From: a virus
IMG/VR virus record: IMGVR_UViG_3300034069_000054
Coordinates: 1-45,169 of that record
Length of the DNA stretch: 45,169 nt
Direction: 5' to 3' (one strand)
The translations under genes and the position numbers were made by a program. Below the pieces are notes generated by a model that made no database searches, was not told the DNA's origin, and was given only the letters and a program-made list of their open reading frames with translations. This document shows, in pieces, positions 14,569 to 23,501 of this stretch. Position 1 is the stretch's first letter. Every line of letters starts with the position of its first letter.

Positions 14569-17500
14569 TGCAGGGAACCTACTGGCTGACAGTCCTCCCG
14601 GAGACGTCGCAGCTGCGCCCGCGGATCAAGCGCGCGCTACGTGGTGTCGACGACGACGCGGTGGTCCACCCGACGGTCGATGACCGCGACGCGGAGAAGT
14701 CCGGGAAGACGTTCGGCGAGAAGTTCCGCAAGGGGTTCGAGCGGTCCGGGGCGGCGCGGATCGGCGCGTTCGTCGGCGCCATGGGCGCCGGCATCCGCGG
14801 CGCCGCGGACCATTCCCGCGGGCTGATCCGCAACATCGGCACCGTGGCGACCGTCTTGGGCGTGTCGTCGAAGCTGGCGCGCGGGCTGTCGCTGTCTCTG
14901 CTCGGCGCGGCCGGCAGCCTCAAGCTGCTGACCGGCGTCGGGCTGGGCAAGCTGGCGACGATGCTCGGGTTCACCGCGACGCAGGCCGGCCGCGCTGCGC
15001 GCGCGATCGGGCAGGTCACGGCGTCGCTGCTGGTGCTGATGACGGTCGCGCGCGTGATCGGCACCATGACGAAAATCTCGAAGGTGCTCGGCGCGCTGAC
15101 GATCGGCGGCGTCGCGCTGACCGGCGTCATGGCCGCACTCACCACGCAGATCGGGACGGCGCTGGTGTCGGCGCTGACCGTGGCCGGCGCCGCGGTGGGC
15201 GTGTTCGCCGGCGCCGCGATCGGCCTGCTCGGGCCGGCGATCGGGTCGCTCAAGCTGGCGTTTAAGGGTCTGGGCGAAGGCGCGAAGGCGTTCCAGGAGT
15301 CCATGAAGGACGTCTGGGGTCCGGCCGACGAGGCGTTCAACAAGATGATCGGCGAGCGGATGGGTCCGCTGCTGACGCAGTTCCGCGAACTGAAGATGGC
15401 CGTCACCGATACGTTCTCGAACGCGCTCACGCCGGCGTTCGGGTCGCTCACGTCGCTGATGGCCGGCATCCAGCCGCGGATGCAAGGGCTGGTTGGCACG
15501 CTGGGCAAGCTGGGGTCTGAGGTCGCCGGCGCGATCGCGTCGCCGGCCAACATGGCGGCGCTGGACAAGATGTTCGCCGCGTCGGATCGGTTCTTCGGGA
15601 AGTTCCTCGGCGAGTCCGGGATCAGCGGCGCGGTCGGCGGGCTGATCCAGTTCGCGAGCACCGCGGCCGACACGTTCGCCGGCGTCGGCGGCGGGATCAA
15701 CGAGCAGCTGTTGCGGTTCGGTGAGTGGCTGCGCGGTATCAGTCCAGGCCAGATGGTTGCAGCGTTCGCCGCACTCAAGACCATGGTGTCGAACGTGTGG
15801 AACGTGCTCAAGCCGATACTGACCGGCATCCGCGACCTGGGCCAGATGGCCGCGCCGGCGCTGGCGCCCGGATTCCAGGCGCTCGGGCAGGCGCTCGGGC
15901 AGGCCGGTCCCCCGCTGATGCGGATGGCTGAAATCCTGATGCCGGCGCTGTCGAACGTGATGGAACGGCTGTCGCCGATCATTCCGGCGCTGGTGACGGC
16001 GTTCACGCCGTGGGCCGGCGTGCTGGCGCAGATTGCGCCGCCGATCGCGTCCATCGTCGCGCACATGGCGCCGCTGGCGCCGCTGCTGGTCGCCGGCGCC
16101 GCGGCCGTGAAGCTGATTACCGTCGCGATGGTCGCCGGCAAGGCCGCGGGTATGGCGTTCTCTGTGATGCAGGGCGTCGCCGCGGCGGCGACCGGCGCCA
16201 GCACGGCATCGCTGGGCGGCAACGTGATTGCGCTCGGCGCGCACCGGGTCGCCACCGTCGCGTCCACGATCGCGTCCCGCGCGCTGGGCGTCGCGATGAC
16301 GTTCGCGCTGGGTCCAATTGGCCTGATCATCGGCGCCGTGGTGGCCGTCGGCGCGGCGCTGTGGGCATTCTTCACGAAGACCGAAACCGGCCGGAAGCTG
16401 TGGGACAAGATCTGGACCGGGATCAAGACCACCGTGTCCGTCGTGTGGAACTGGCTCAAGACGACGCTGGCGACGGCGTGGCAGCAGATCGGCCCGTCGG
16501 TAATGAAGATCGGCGAGGTCGCGAAGCAGGCGTTCGGCGCGTTCGTCGGCGCCGTGAAGCAGGTCTGGACAGCGATCCAGCCGGCGGTCGCGTGGGTCGG
16601 CCGGCTGTACCTGGCGATCGCGAAGTGGCAGTTCGGCAACGTGGTGACGGCGCTCAAGGTGCTGGGCGCGACGATCGGCTGGCTGTGGTCGAACGTCGCG
16701 GTACCAGCGTTCAAGGGCATAGCCGCGGCCGTGCAACTGTGGTGGGCCGGCGTCCAAGTGGTCTGGGCCGCGGCGCAGCCGGCGATCCGCGCGATCGGCG
16801 ACGTCATCATGTGGCTGTGGAACGAAGTCGCCGTGCCGGCGTTCGACGCGATCAAGACGGCCGTCACGACCTGGTGGGACGGCGTGAAGCACGTCTGGGG
16901 TCTGTTCCAGACCGGCGTCGACAAAGTGGGCGGCGCGATCACCTGGCTTAAGGACGCGTTCACGACCGGGTTCAACGCGATTAAGGGCGTCGTCGAGTCG
17001 GTCTGGAACTTCATCGGCGGCGTGCTCGACAAGATTAAGTCCGGGATCGGCGGCGTCGTCGACAAGCTGAACAGCATCCCCGGTATCGGCGCGCTGATCC
17101 CCGGCAACGCGGACGGCCGACCGCCTGGGTTCGCCGGCGGAACCGTGTCGCGGCGCGGCGTCGTGTCCGGTCCGGGCACCGGCACCAGCGATTCGATCCT
17201 GGCGCGTATCTCGAACGGTGAGGGCATCGTGAAGGAACGCGCGATGGCTGCCGGCGGTGGCGTCCTGGTCGCCGCGCTGAACGCGGGCTGGACCCCGACC
17301 GCGGAGCAGATGCACCAGCTGTTCCCCGGATTCGCCGAAGGTCTGAACCCCGGCGCGGACTGGATGCGCCGCACCATCATGGAGACGTTTCCGCAGATCA
17401 AGACCATCGGCGGGCGCCGCAGCGAAGACGGCTACGGCGAGCACAGCAGCGGCAACGCGATGGACATTATGATCCCGAACTACCAGGGCGAAGGTAAGGC

Positions 17501-18551
17501 GCTCGGCGACAAGATCGCGTCGTGGATCGCGCAGAACCGCGACGCGCTGGGCGCCAACGGGATGATCTGGCGGCAGACGTCGTTCGGCTACGGCGGCGAC
17601 TGGTCCAGCGGCAAGGTGATGAGCGACCGCGGTTCGGACACGCAGAACCACATGGACCACATTCACGTCATCCTGGGCGAAGGCCGCGGCGCCGGCGCGG
17701 CGTCAGTCGACGTCCCCGCTGAGTCCGTGTCGCTGGCGCGATCGCTGGCCGGCGGCAGCAGTTCGTCGAGCAGCGGCGCCGCGACGTCGCTGGGGTCGAG
17801 CACGTCGGCCGGCGGTAGCTACCGGGCCGCGACAGACAAGGAACTGGCGGCGTCGTCGAACCGGCTGGACAACGCGCAGCGCGCGGTCGAGCAGGCGCAA
17901 CAGCGGGTCGACGACCGCACGTATGCCGTCGAGAAGGCGCAGCGCCGGCTGGACGAGCTACGCGCGGCCGGCAAGGACACGCAGGACGCGCAGCACAGCC
18001 TGGACGTCGCGAACCGGGAACTGAAAGACGCGACCGACGCGAAGGCGCGCGCCGTCGAGAAGGCGACGCGGGCCGAAGAGGACGACGCGGCGCTGCGGGA
18101 ACGCGGCGTCGAAGATCTGTCGTCGGCGCGCGACGACGCGAAGGGCAGCGGCGGCGGGTTCGACGACCTCGGGAAGTCGCTGTGGGGCGGGCTGCTCGAA
18201 ACGATCGGCCTGGACGGGTCCGTGTTCTCGAACCCGTTCGAGTGGCCGCACGTCAAGTCAGCGATGGCCGGCGTCAACTGGCTGGGCAAGGCGCTGCTGG
18301 GCGACGGCAGCGACCAGCCGGCCGGCAGCGGCGGCGATCTGCTCAGCGGCATGTTGAACCCGGCCGCGGCGATGGTGGGCGCCACGCCGGCGACCAACGT
18401 CGCACCGGACACCACGGCGCACGGCACCGGCAACGGGCAGGCGCCCGGTCCGGCCGTCGTGATCGAACAGGCCGGCATGTCGCCGCAGGCCGTCGCGAAC
18501 ACGCTCGACGCACAGTTCAACGCACGCACCCGGACGACGAAAGTTCACTGA
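14568..18551 (+). CDS. Tape measure protein (1327 aa) with an embedded LAS/M15-like metallopeptidase-type motif
   Basis: Longest ORF, directly after G/G-T. Ala/Gly-rich hydrophobic N-terminal half and Trp-periodic repeats. HSSGNAMD ... HMDHIH (H-x6-D ... H-x-H) at about 17350-17690. Confidence 0.9.
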   Translation: MQGTYWLTVLPETSQLRPRIKRALRGVDDDAVVHPTVDDRDAEKSGKTFGEKFRKGFERSGAARIGAFVGAMGAGIRGAADHSRGLIRNIGTVATVLGVSSKLARGLSLSLLGAAGSLKLLTGVGLGKLATMLGFTATQAGRAARAIGQVTASLLVLMTVARVIGTMTKISKVLGALTIGGVALTGVMAALTTQIGTALVSALTVAGAAVGVFAGAAIGLLGPAIGSLKLAFKGLGEGAKAFQESMKDVWGPADEAFNKMIGERMGPLLTQFRELKMAVTDTFSNALTPAFGSLTSLMAGIQPRMQGLVGTLGKLGSEVAGAIASPANMAALDKMFAASDRFFGKFLGESGISGAVGGLIQFASTAADTFAGVGGGINEQLLRFGEWLRGISPGQMVAAFAALKTMVSNVWNVLKPILTGIRDLGQMAAPALAPGFQALGQALGQAGPPLMRMAEILMPALSNVMERLSPIIPALVTAFTPWAGVLAQIAPPIASIVAHMAPLAPLLVAGAAAVKLITVAMVAGKAAGMAFSVMQGVAAAATGASTASLGGNVIALGAHRVATVASTIASRALGVAMTFALGPIGLIIGAVVAVGAALWAFFTKTETGRKLWDKIWTGIKTTVSVVWNWLKTTLATAWQQIGPSVMKIGEVAKQAFGAFVGAVKQVWTAIQPAVAWVGRLYLAIAKWQFGNVVTALKVLGATIGWLWSNVAVPAFKGIAAAVQLWWAGVQVVWAAAQPAIRAIGDVIMWLWNEVAVPAFDAIKTAVTTWWDGVKHVWGLFQTGVDKVGGAITWLKDAFTTGFNAIKGVVESVWNFIGGVLDKIKSGIGGVVDKLNSIPGIGALIPGNADGRPPGFAGGTVSRRGVVSGPGTGTSDSILARISNGEGIVKERAMAAGGGVLVAALNAGWTPTAEQMHQLFPGFAEGLNPGADWMRRTIMETFPQIKTIGGRRSEDGYGEHSSGNAMDIMIPNYQGEGKALGDKIASWIAQNRDALGANGMIWRQTSFGYGGDWSSGKVMSDRGSDTQNHMDHIHVILGEGRGAGAASVDVPAESVSLARSLAGGSSSSSSGAATSLGSSTSAGGSYRAATDKELAASSNRLDNAQRAVEQAQQRVDDRTYAVEKAQRRLDELRAAGKDTQDAQHSLDVANRELKDATDAKARAVEKATRAEEDDAALRERGVEDLSSARDDAKGSGGGFDDLGKSLWGGLLETIGLDGSVFSNPFEWPHVKSAMAGVNWLGKALLGDGSDQPAGSGGDLLSGMLNPAAAMVGATPATNVAPDTTAHGTGNGQAPGPAVVIEQAGMSPQAVANTLDAQFNARTRTTKVH

Positions 18552-19726
18552 TGAGCGAACCCCTGGTCAACTTCGACGACGAGTTCTACTACGACACGCC
18601 GGCGCACCCGAACGACTTCGAGGGCAACCCGGCCTACGCGCCGACCGACTGGGCGCACCCGTCCTGGCAGCGGTTCACACGCTGGGAGGACATGGGACCG
18701 AAGGGCCACATTCTGCGGTCCGAAGATCCGTCGTGGTTCTGGATGCACCCGGCGACAAACTGGAAGATCTGGCATATCTCCGGGCCGCGCGAGGGCACCG
18801 AAGGCGTCGTGATGGCGAAGGGTCTGTCCGGCGTGGACGACTTGGAGTTCGAGCACCGCTACAGCAACGGGCCGTACCTGATCGGCGCGGAACGCGAGCG
18901 CACCGACTACATGATGGGCGTCGTCGACATTGGGTTCGTGATCAACCCGTCGGCGAATATCAACCGGCCGGCGACCGGCAAAATGGGGATGCTCACGATC
19001 GAAGACAGCTTCCGGCAGTCGTTCAGCGACACCGTGCCCGGATTCCTCGGCTGTTTCACGCGGCCGTCCGGCCTGCGCTGGATTCCGGCGATCAAGGGCC
19101 AGAAGTGGCGCCGCGACCAGGACGTGTCGCCGACCGCGCACGGCAACGCGACGAACATAATCAGCACGCAGCTGCACATGCCCTGGCCGCTCTACGCGAA
19201 GCCGGCTATCACCGACGCGTGGAAGCCGGACTGGGAAGTGATCGCGCGTGACGGGTTCGACCGGCACACGTTCAGCATCGCGAACAAGGGCACGTTCGAG
19301 TCGGCCGCGAAGTTCATCGTCCGCGGGACCAGCCGCGACGACGTGGTGATCGACGGGAAGAAGGGTTACGGGGTCCGCATCCAGAACGGCAACGGCGGGA
19401 ACATGATCCCGATTCCGAACCTGCTGCCCGACGACGGCGCCTACGTGTTCGTGGACACCGACCCGGCGCGGCAGACCCTCACGTCGGAACTGGAACCGAT
19501 CGACGGGCAGATCTACAAGACACTGCGCCAGTCGCAGTTCATGCAACTGCTGCTCAAGCCGCAGCTGGACGCGAAACTGCCGATCCAGCGGCGCATCCCC
19601 GGCGGCATAGACTTCGACGTGATGATCCCCCCGCGCAGCGTGGCGCACATCGACGTCACGCACACGAACCCGAACGGGTCCATCGAAATGATCGTGCCGC
19701 AGTATTACCGCTCTAGCTGGTCCTGA
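18551..19726 (+). CDS. Minor tail protein (391 aa; distal-tail-protein position)
   Basis: ATG at residue 124 of track ORF 18182..19726, overlapping the tape measure stop (ATGA). First gene after the tape measure gene. Confidence 0.75.
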   Translation: MSEPLVNFDDEFYYDTPAHPNDFEGNPAYAPTDWAHPSWQRFTRWEDMGPKGHILRSEDPSWFWMHPATNWKIWHISGPREGTEGVVMAKGLSGVDDLEFEHRYSNGPYLIGAERERTDYMMGVVDIGFVINPSANINRPATGKMGMLTIEDSFRQSFSDTVPGFLGCFTRPSGLRWIPAIKGQKWRRDQDVSPTAHGNATNIISTQLHMPWPLYAKPAITDAWKPDWEVIARDGFDRHTFSIANKGTFESAAKFIVRGTSRDDVVIDGKKGYGVRIQNGNGGNMIPIPNLLPDDGAYVFVDTDPARQTLTSELEPIDGQIYKTLRQSQFMQLLLKPQLDAKLPIQRRIPGGIDFDVMIPPRSVAHIDVTHTNPNGSIEMIVPQYYRSSWS

Positions 19727-21450
19727 TGGCGGCGCCGTTCGGGCCGACGTCGAGCACGAACCCGACGATCGACAGCTGGAACCAGATCAACGCGCGCCGG
19801 CGCGTCATCGACGCTGAGGCGAAGGCGAAGTCGCTCTATCGGCTGATGGACAAGAATCTGCGCTACATCGGCACGGTTCACACCCACAAAGCGTTCGACG
19901 CTGAGCAGATCCAGCACGACACCGGCACCGGCGAAGTCGTGCTGCGCGGGTCGGACTGGCTGGTCAACTTCCTGCGGACCGACGTCCGGGCCGAAGAGGA
20001 TCTGAACTTCATCGTCGACCCGTACCCGCACCGGCGGAACTGGCGCTGGCGCTGGGGTTTCAAGGTGACCGACGTCGCGGTGGGCCGCGCCGAAGACGGC
20101 GAAGTCACCGTGACGTTGCAGCTGATGGAGAACCGCGAGCACTGGAAACACATCCTGTTCGGCGCGACTGTGTTCGCGCCGCCGGAAGCGCAGCCGATTA
20201 AGTGCTTCCTGCTGCCGGCCAACTGCCGGACCGCGATCGCGACGGCCGGCGCGGCGAACCTGGCGCGGATCTTCAACCCGGCGCTGGCCGTGTTCACGAA
20301 CCTGCTCAACCCTGGCGCCTACGTCGGCGCCGCGCTCGGGCTGGGTCTGCCGGGTAACTGGTCGTTCCTGAACCACCCGCTACAGATGCAGTTCGTCAAC
20401 CCCATCACCGACACGTCGCGGCTGTCCGTGCTCATGTCGCGGTGGCAGGACGCGCACCAGGTCACCGAAGCCATGCTGCGCGACGCCGGCTGTCAGGTCC
20501 GCGCGTATGTGTGGCTCGAAGAGGACGAGGACAGTCCGCACCCCGAACTGGCAATGCTGATCGGCGAGAAGCTGGCACGGCCGCGGCGCAACTGCATCGT
20601 CCTGGCGGTCGAGGAACGCGCGCAATACGAAGGCGTCACCGGCCTGGCGCCCGACGGCGCGCTGAAACTGATCGCCGGCAGCGCCGACGACCTGATCGGG
20701 ACGATCATCTACGCCGACGAGAACGGCGACGGCGAGAACGATCCGCTGGTCCGCAAGTGGCTGGGCGCGGCGCCGAAGCAGCCGTCCATCGTGTTCCGTG
20801 ACGGGCCGCGCTCGGCGATCATCTCGTCGGAACGGCACATGTTCAAGGGCACCGCGAAAACCATTATGACCGGCGGAAAGTCGCCGCAGTGGCTCAACCA
20901 GGTGCAGACGTTCCTGATCCGCTACGCGCTGTCGAAGATCGCCGAAGCGGTCGCGATCTTCGGGCAGATCCCGCTGACGGAGGGCATCGAAAACGTCTAC
21001 CAGAACCAGGGCGATGACGTCTGGTTCGCGTTCATCCGCTACACCGACGTCAACCGGGAACTGAACGGCGGCGACTTCGGCCTGCTCGAAGAGTTCGTCC
21101 AGGGCAGCGGTTCGGCCTACGTGATCGCGACCCCGCTCACGATCCGCGAAGGCTTGGAGAAGACGAAGCCGCACCAGGTGTTCAAGGTCGAGGTCCGCAA
21201 CGCACGACCGCACCGGATCTTCCTGGACGTCGACATGGGCGACCCCGCGCTGTTCGAGATTGACGGCATCCTGCACCAGCGGCACGTCTCGGCGATCGGA
21301 CTCAAGGAGGACGAGACGACGCCGAAGACGTTCCGGCTGAGCATCGGCGACGACCGGGAGACTGATAGCGGGCTGGCGCGGGTGACGCGCACCGCGCAAG
21401 AGTTCTGGAACGGACTCGCGACACTGATGGGACAGGGGACGAACTTCTGA
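19726..21450 (+). CDS. Minor tail protein (574 aa; tail-tip/Tal position)
   Basis: Track ORF with start overlapping the upstream stop. Second gene after the tape measure gene. Confidence 0.75.
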   Translation: MAAPFGPTSSTNPTIDSWNQINARRRVIDAEAKAKSLYRLMDKNLRYIGTVHTHKAFDAEQIQHDTGTGEVVLRGSDWLVNFLRTDVRAEEDLNFIVDPYPHRRNWRWRWGFKVTDVAVGRAEDGEVTVTLQLMENREHWKHILFGATVFAPPEAQPIKCFLLPANCRTAIATAGAANLARIFNPALAVFTNLLNPGAYVGAALGLGLPGNWSFLNHPLQMQFVNPITDTSRLSVLMSRWQDAHQVTEAMLRDAGCQVRAYVWLEEDEDSPHPELAMLIGEKLARPRRNCIVLAVEERAQYEGVTGLAPDGALKLIAGSADDLIGTIIYADENGDGENDPLVRKWLGAAPKQPSIVFRDGPRSAIISSERHMFKGTAKTIMTGGKSPQWLNQVQTFLIRYALSKIAEAVAIFGQIPLTEGIENVYQNQGDDVWFAFIRYTDVNRELNGGDFGLLEEFVQGSGSAYVIATPLTIREGLEKTKPHQVFKVEVRNARPHRIFLDVDMGDPALFEIDGILHQRHVSAIGLKEDETTPKTFRLSIGDDRETDSGLARVTRTAQEFWNGLATLMGQGTNF

Positions 21451-21980
21451 TGGACGCATACGCCGGCCCGACACCGGAAGAGGTCGACCGGATGAACGCG
21501 CTGCTGCGGTCGCCGCTCGACGCGCTCGACGGCGACCGGGACCAGGACGCCGAACGTCTCGGGTTCGAGATACCGCCGGACCAGCAGCCGGCGCAAGATC
21601 TGGTGTATCTGTTCGATCAACTGCTGGACAACCCCGTCGACAAGAACGGGTTCAGCTACGACCTGCGCTACCTCAAGCCGCTGCTGGCCTGGCACTTCGC
21701 GCGCTGCCTGCCGGCGCAGTTCGGCGGACAGCCGAAGGTGAAGCGCCGGCAGTACCCGAACGGCTATGTCGAATGGGTCGCGCTCGACGCGCCGGACCTG
21801 CCGGCCGATCCGCTCGACGGGATGACGCTCGAAGAGATAATGGCGCTGCCGCCGGCGCAGCGCGACGCAGCGATCCGCCGGCTGCAATCCGGCGCAGACG
21901 GGCCGGTCGATGACCCCGACGCGGCGATTCCATGGAAGGTTAGAACCAACATCGTGATAGACGAAGAGGCGCTGAAATGA
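21450..21980 (+). CDS. Hypothetical tail-module protein (176 aa)
   Basis: Track ORF with TGATG overlap. High GC3. Confidence 0.7.
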   Translation: MDAYAGPTPEEVDRMNALLRSPLDALDGDRDQDAERLGFEIPPDQQPAQDLVYLFDQLLDNPVDKNGFSYDLRYLKPLLAWHFARCLPAQFGGQPKVKRRQYPNGYVEWVALDAPDLPADPLDGMTLEEIMALPPAQRDAAIRRLQSGADGPVDDPDAAIPWKVRTNIVIDEEALK

Positions 21981-23116
21981 CCGCACCGGGCACCCTGACC
22001 GACCAGGAGATTGACGACTTTTACCGGACGCACCGCATCCCGACGACGGGCGACGCGGTGGCGCTGTTCCAGGCCATGATCGCCGGGACGTGGGTCGGCA
22101 TCGTCGGCGACCCGGATACCCCGCCGATGGCGTCGGCGACGATGGAACTGGTCGACGGCAAGGCCGTCATCACGACCACCGTCCTGATCGGGCCGCGCGG
22201 GTTCCCCGGCAAGAACGCGCCGATGGTGGACCTGGAATGGCCGGTACCGCTCAACGAAGACGGCACGATCAACCTGCCGACCGACTGGGACGAGTCGAAG
22301 AAGAACCACGGCTACCTCCACGGCGGGCTGGTCTACGTGTGGGACGGCGTGAACGACTTCCACACCGCGCTACCAGGGCCGACGGGCAAGACCGGCGCCA
22401 CCCCGGAAATCACGCTGCTGTTCGAGACAATCCCGATGAGCGAGCGCACGCCGGAAGTGATCGCGGCCGGCGACCAGGTGGAGAAGGGCGGCACCCCGGA
22501 AAAGCCGTTCTACAAGATCCGCGCGCTGTCGCCGCAGGGTCCGCAGGGCGAAATGGGTCCGCTCGAACAGATCACCAACTACGACCCGAACAGCGCGTTT
22601 GGCGGCGCGTCGGTGGGGACCGTGCTCACGAAGCTGCCGAACGGCAAGTGGGGACCGTCGGACATGTCGACGAAGCTGGTCCGGTTCGGCACGATCCCCG
22701 AAGGCGCGTTCTCCAACTTCAACGGGTCCGCGCAGCGCGCGCCGATCCTGTCCTACACGTTCCCAGTGCTCGACTACGACACGACGCTGCGCGTGGCCGG
22801 CCACTTCAAGGCGTTTGGCGTCGAACTGGACAGCGACCCGCTGACGATCGGCTGCGAAGTCCGTCTGGGCGATCCGCTGACCGGCGACCTGATCGGCCGC
22901 GGCGTCGGAACCCCGCTCGGCTGGACCTACGTCGGCCCGCACAGCAGCAGCCCGTCCACGCCGACCGTCGCGATCGCGCCGGACAACGGCGTCGGCCTGG
23001 TCCCCGCCGGCACCGCGGCGACGATCCACGTCGCGCTGGTCAACGATGGTCTGTTCGGCGCGTACATCTTCAACCGGAATTACGCGCAGCTGGACTACCT
23101 GTTCGTGCCGGCGTGA
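21977..23116 (+). CDS. Minor tail protein (379 aa) with short Gly-X-Y triplet runs
   Basis: Track ORF with ATGA overlap. GPRGFPGKN, GPTGKTGAT and GPQGEMGPL segments. Tail-module position. Confidence 0.65.
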   Translation: MTAPGTLTDQEIDDFYRTHRIPTTGDAVALFQAMIAGTWVGIVGDPDTPPMASATMELVDGKAVITTTVLIGPRGFPGKNAPMVDLEWPVPLNEDGTINLPTDWDESKKNHGYLHGGLVYVWDGVNDFHTALPGPTGKTGATPEITLLFETIPMSERTPEVIAAGDQVEKGGTPEKPFYKIRALSPQGPQGEMGPLEQITNYDPNSAFGGASVGTVLTKLPNGKWGPSDMSTKLVRFGTIPEGAFSNFNGSAQRAPILSYTFPVLDYDTTLRVAGHFKAFGVELDSDPLTIGCEVRLGDPLTGDLIGRGVGTPLGWTYVGPHSSSPSTPTVAIAPDNGVGLVPAGTAATIHVALVNDGLFGAYIFNRNYAQLDYLFVPA

Positions 23117-23126
23117 GGATCTGACC

Positions 23127-23501
23127 GTGGCGTATGAGAAGCGATACAAGACCGTCGTCCCGATCCCGCGCGGGCCGGTCGAGACACGCGAGCAGGACCA
23201 GGCGATCGCGCGCTGGCTGGCGCGCGAATCGTTCGAGAACACCGTGGCGTCCGATCGGCTCGAACTGGTCGAGTACGACGAACGGCAGCTGGCCGTCGAG
23301 GACATACCGCCGACCATGGCCGAACTGCTCGGCGCGCCGGTCGACAGCTTCGACTGGTTCGAGTTCTCCGGGCTGGGCCGGCTGAACCAGGACCAGTTCG
23401 ACTACTTCGCCGCTGAGTTCAAGTGGAAGTGCGACGAGTGGCTGGCAGCTGAGCGGGCACACCTGGCGGCGCTCGACGAGGCCGCGGCCGGCGGCGCCTG
23501 A
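23127..23501 (+). CDS. Hypothetical protein (124 aa)
   Basis: GTG at residue 28 of track ORF 23046..23501, with SD GAGGA 7 nt upstream. Confidence 0.6.
   Translation: MAYEKRYKTVVPIPRGPVETREQDQAIARWLARESFENTVASDRLELVEYDERQLAVEDIPPTMAELLGAPVDSFDWFEFSGLGRLNQDQFDYFAAEFKWKCDEWLAAERAHLAALDEAAAGGA

Noticed and set aside
14579-17666. 942-aa and 1009-aa antisense ORFs opposite the tape measure gene
   Set aside because: Shadow ORFs of a long G+C-rich gene. Composition is extreme (Arg/Pro/Ala/Ser-rich). They would run against an otherwise unidirectional, tightly coupled operon.
22180-22560. Collagen-like domain in the 21977..23116 tail protein
   Set aside because: Only three isolated runs of three Gly-X-Y triplets. 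That is too short to call a collagen triple-helix domain, so it is mentioned only as a compositional feature.
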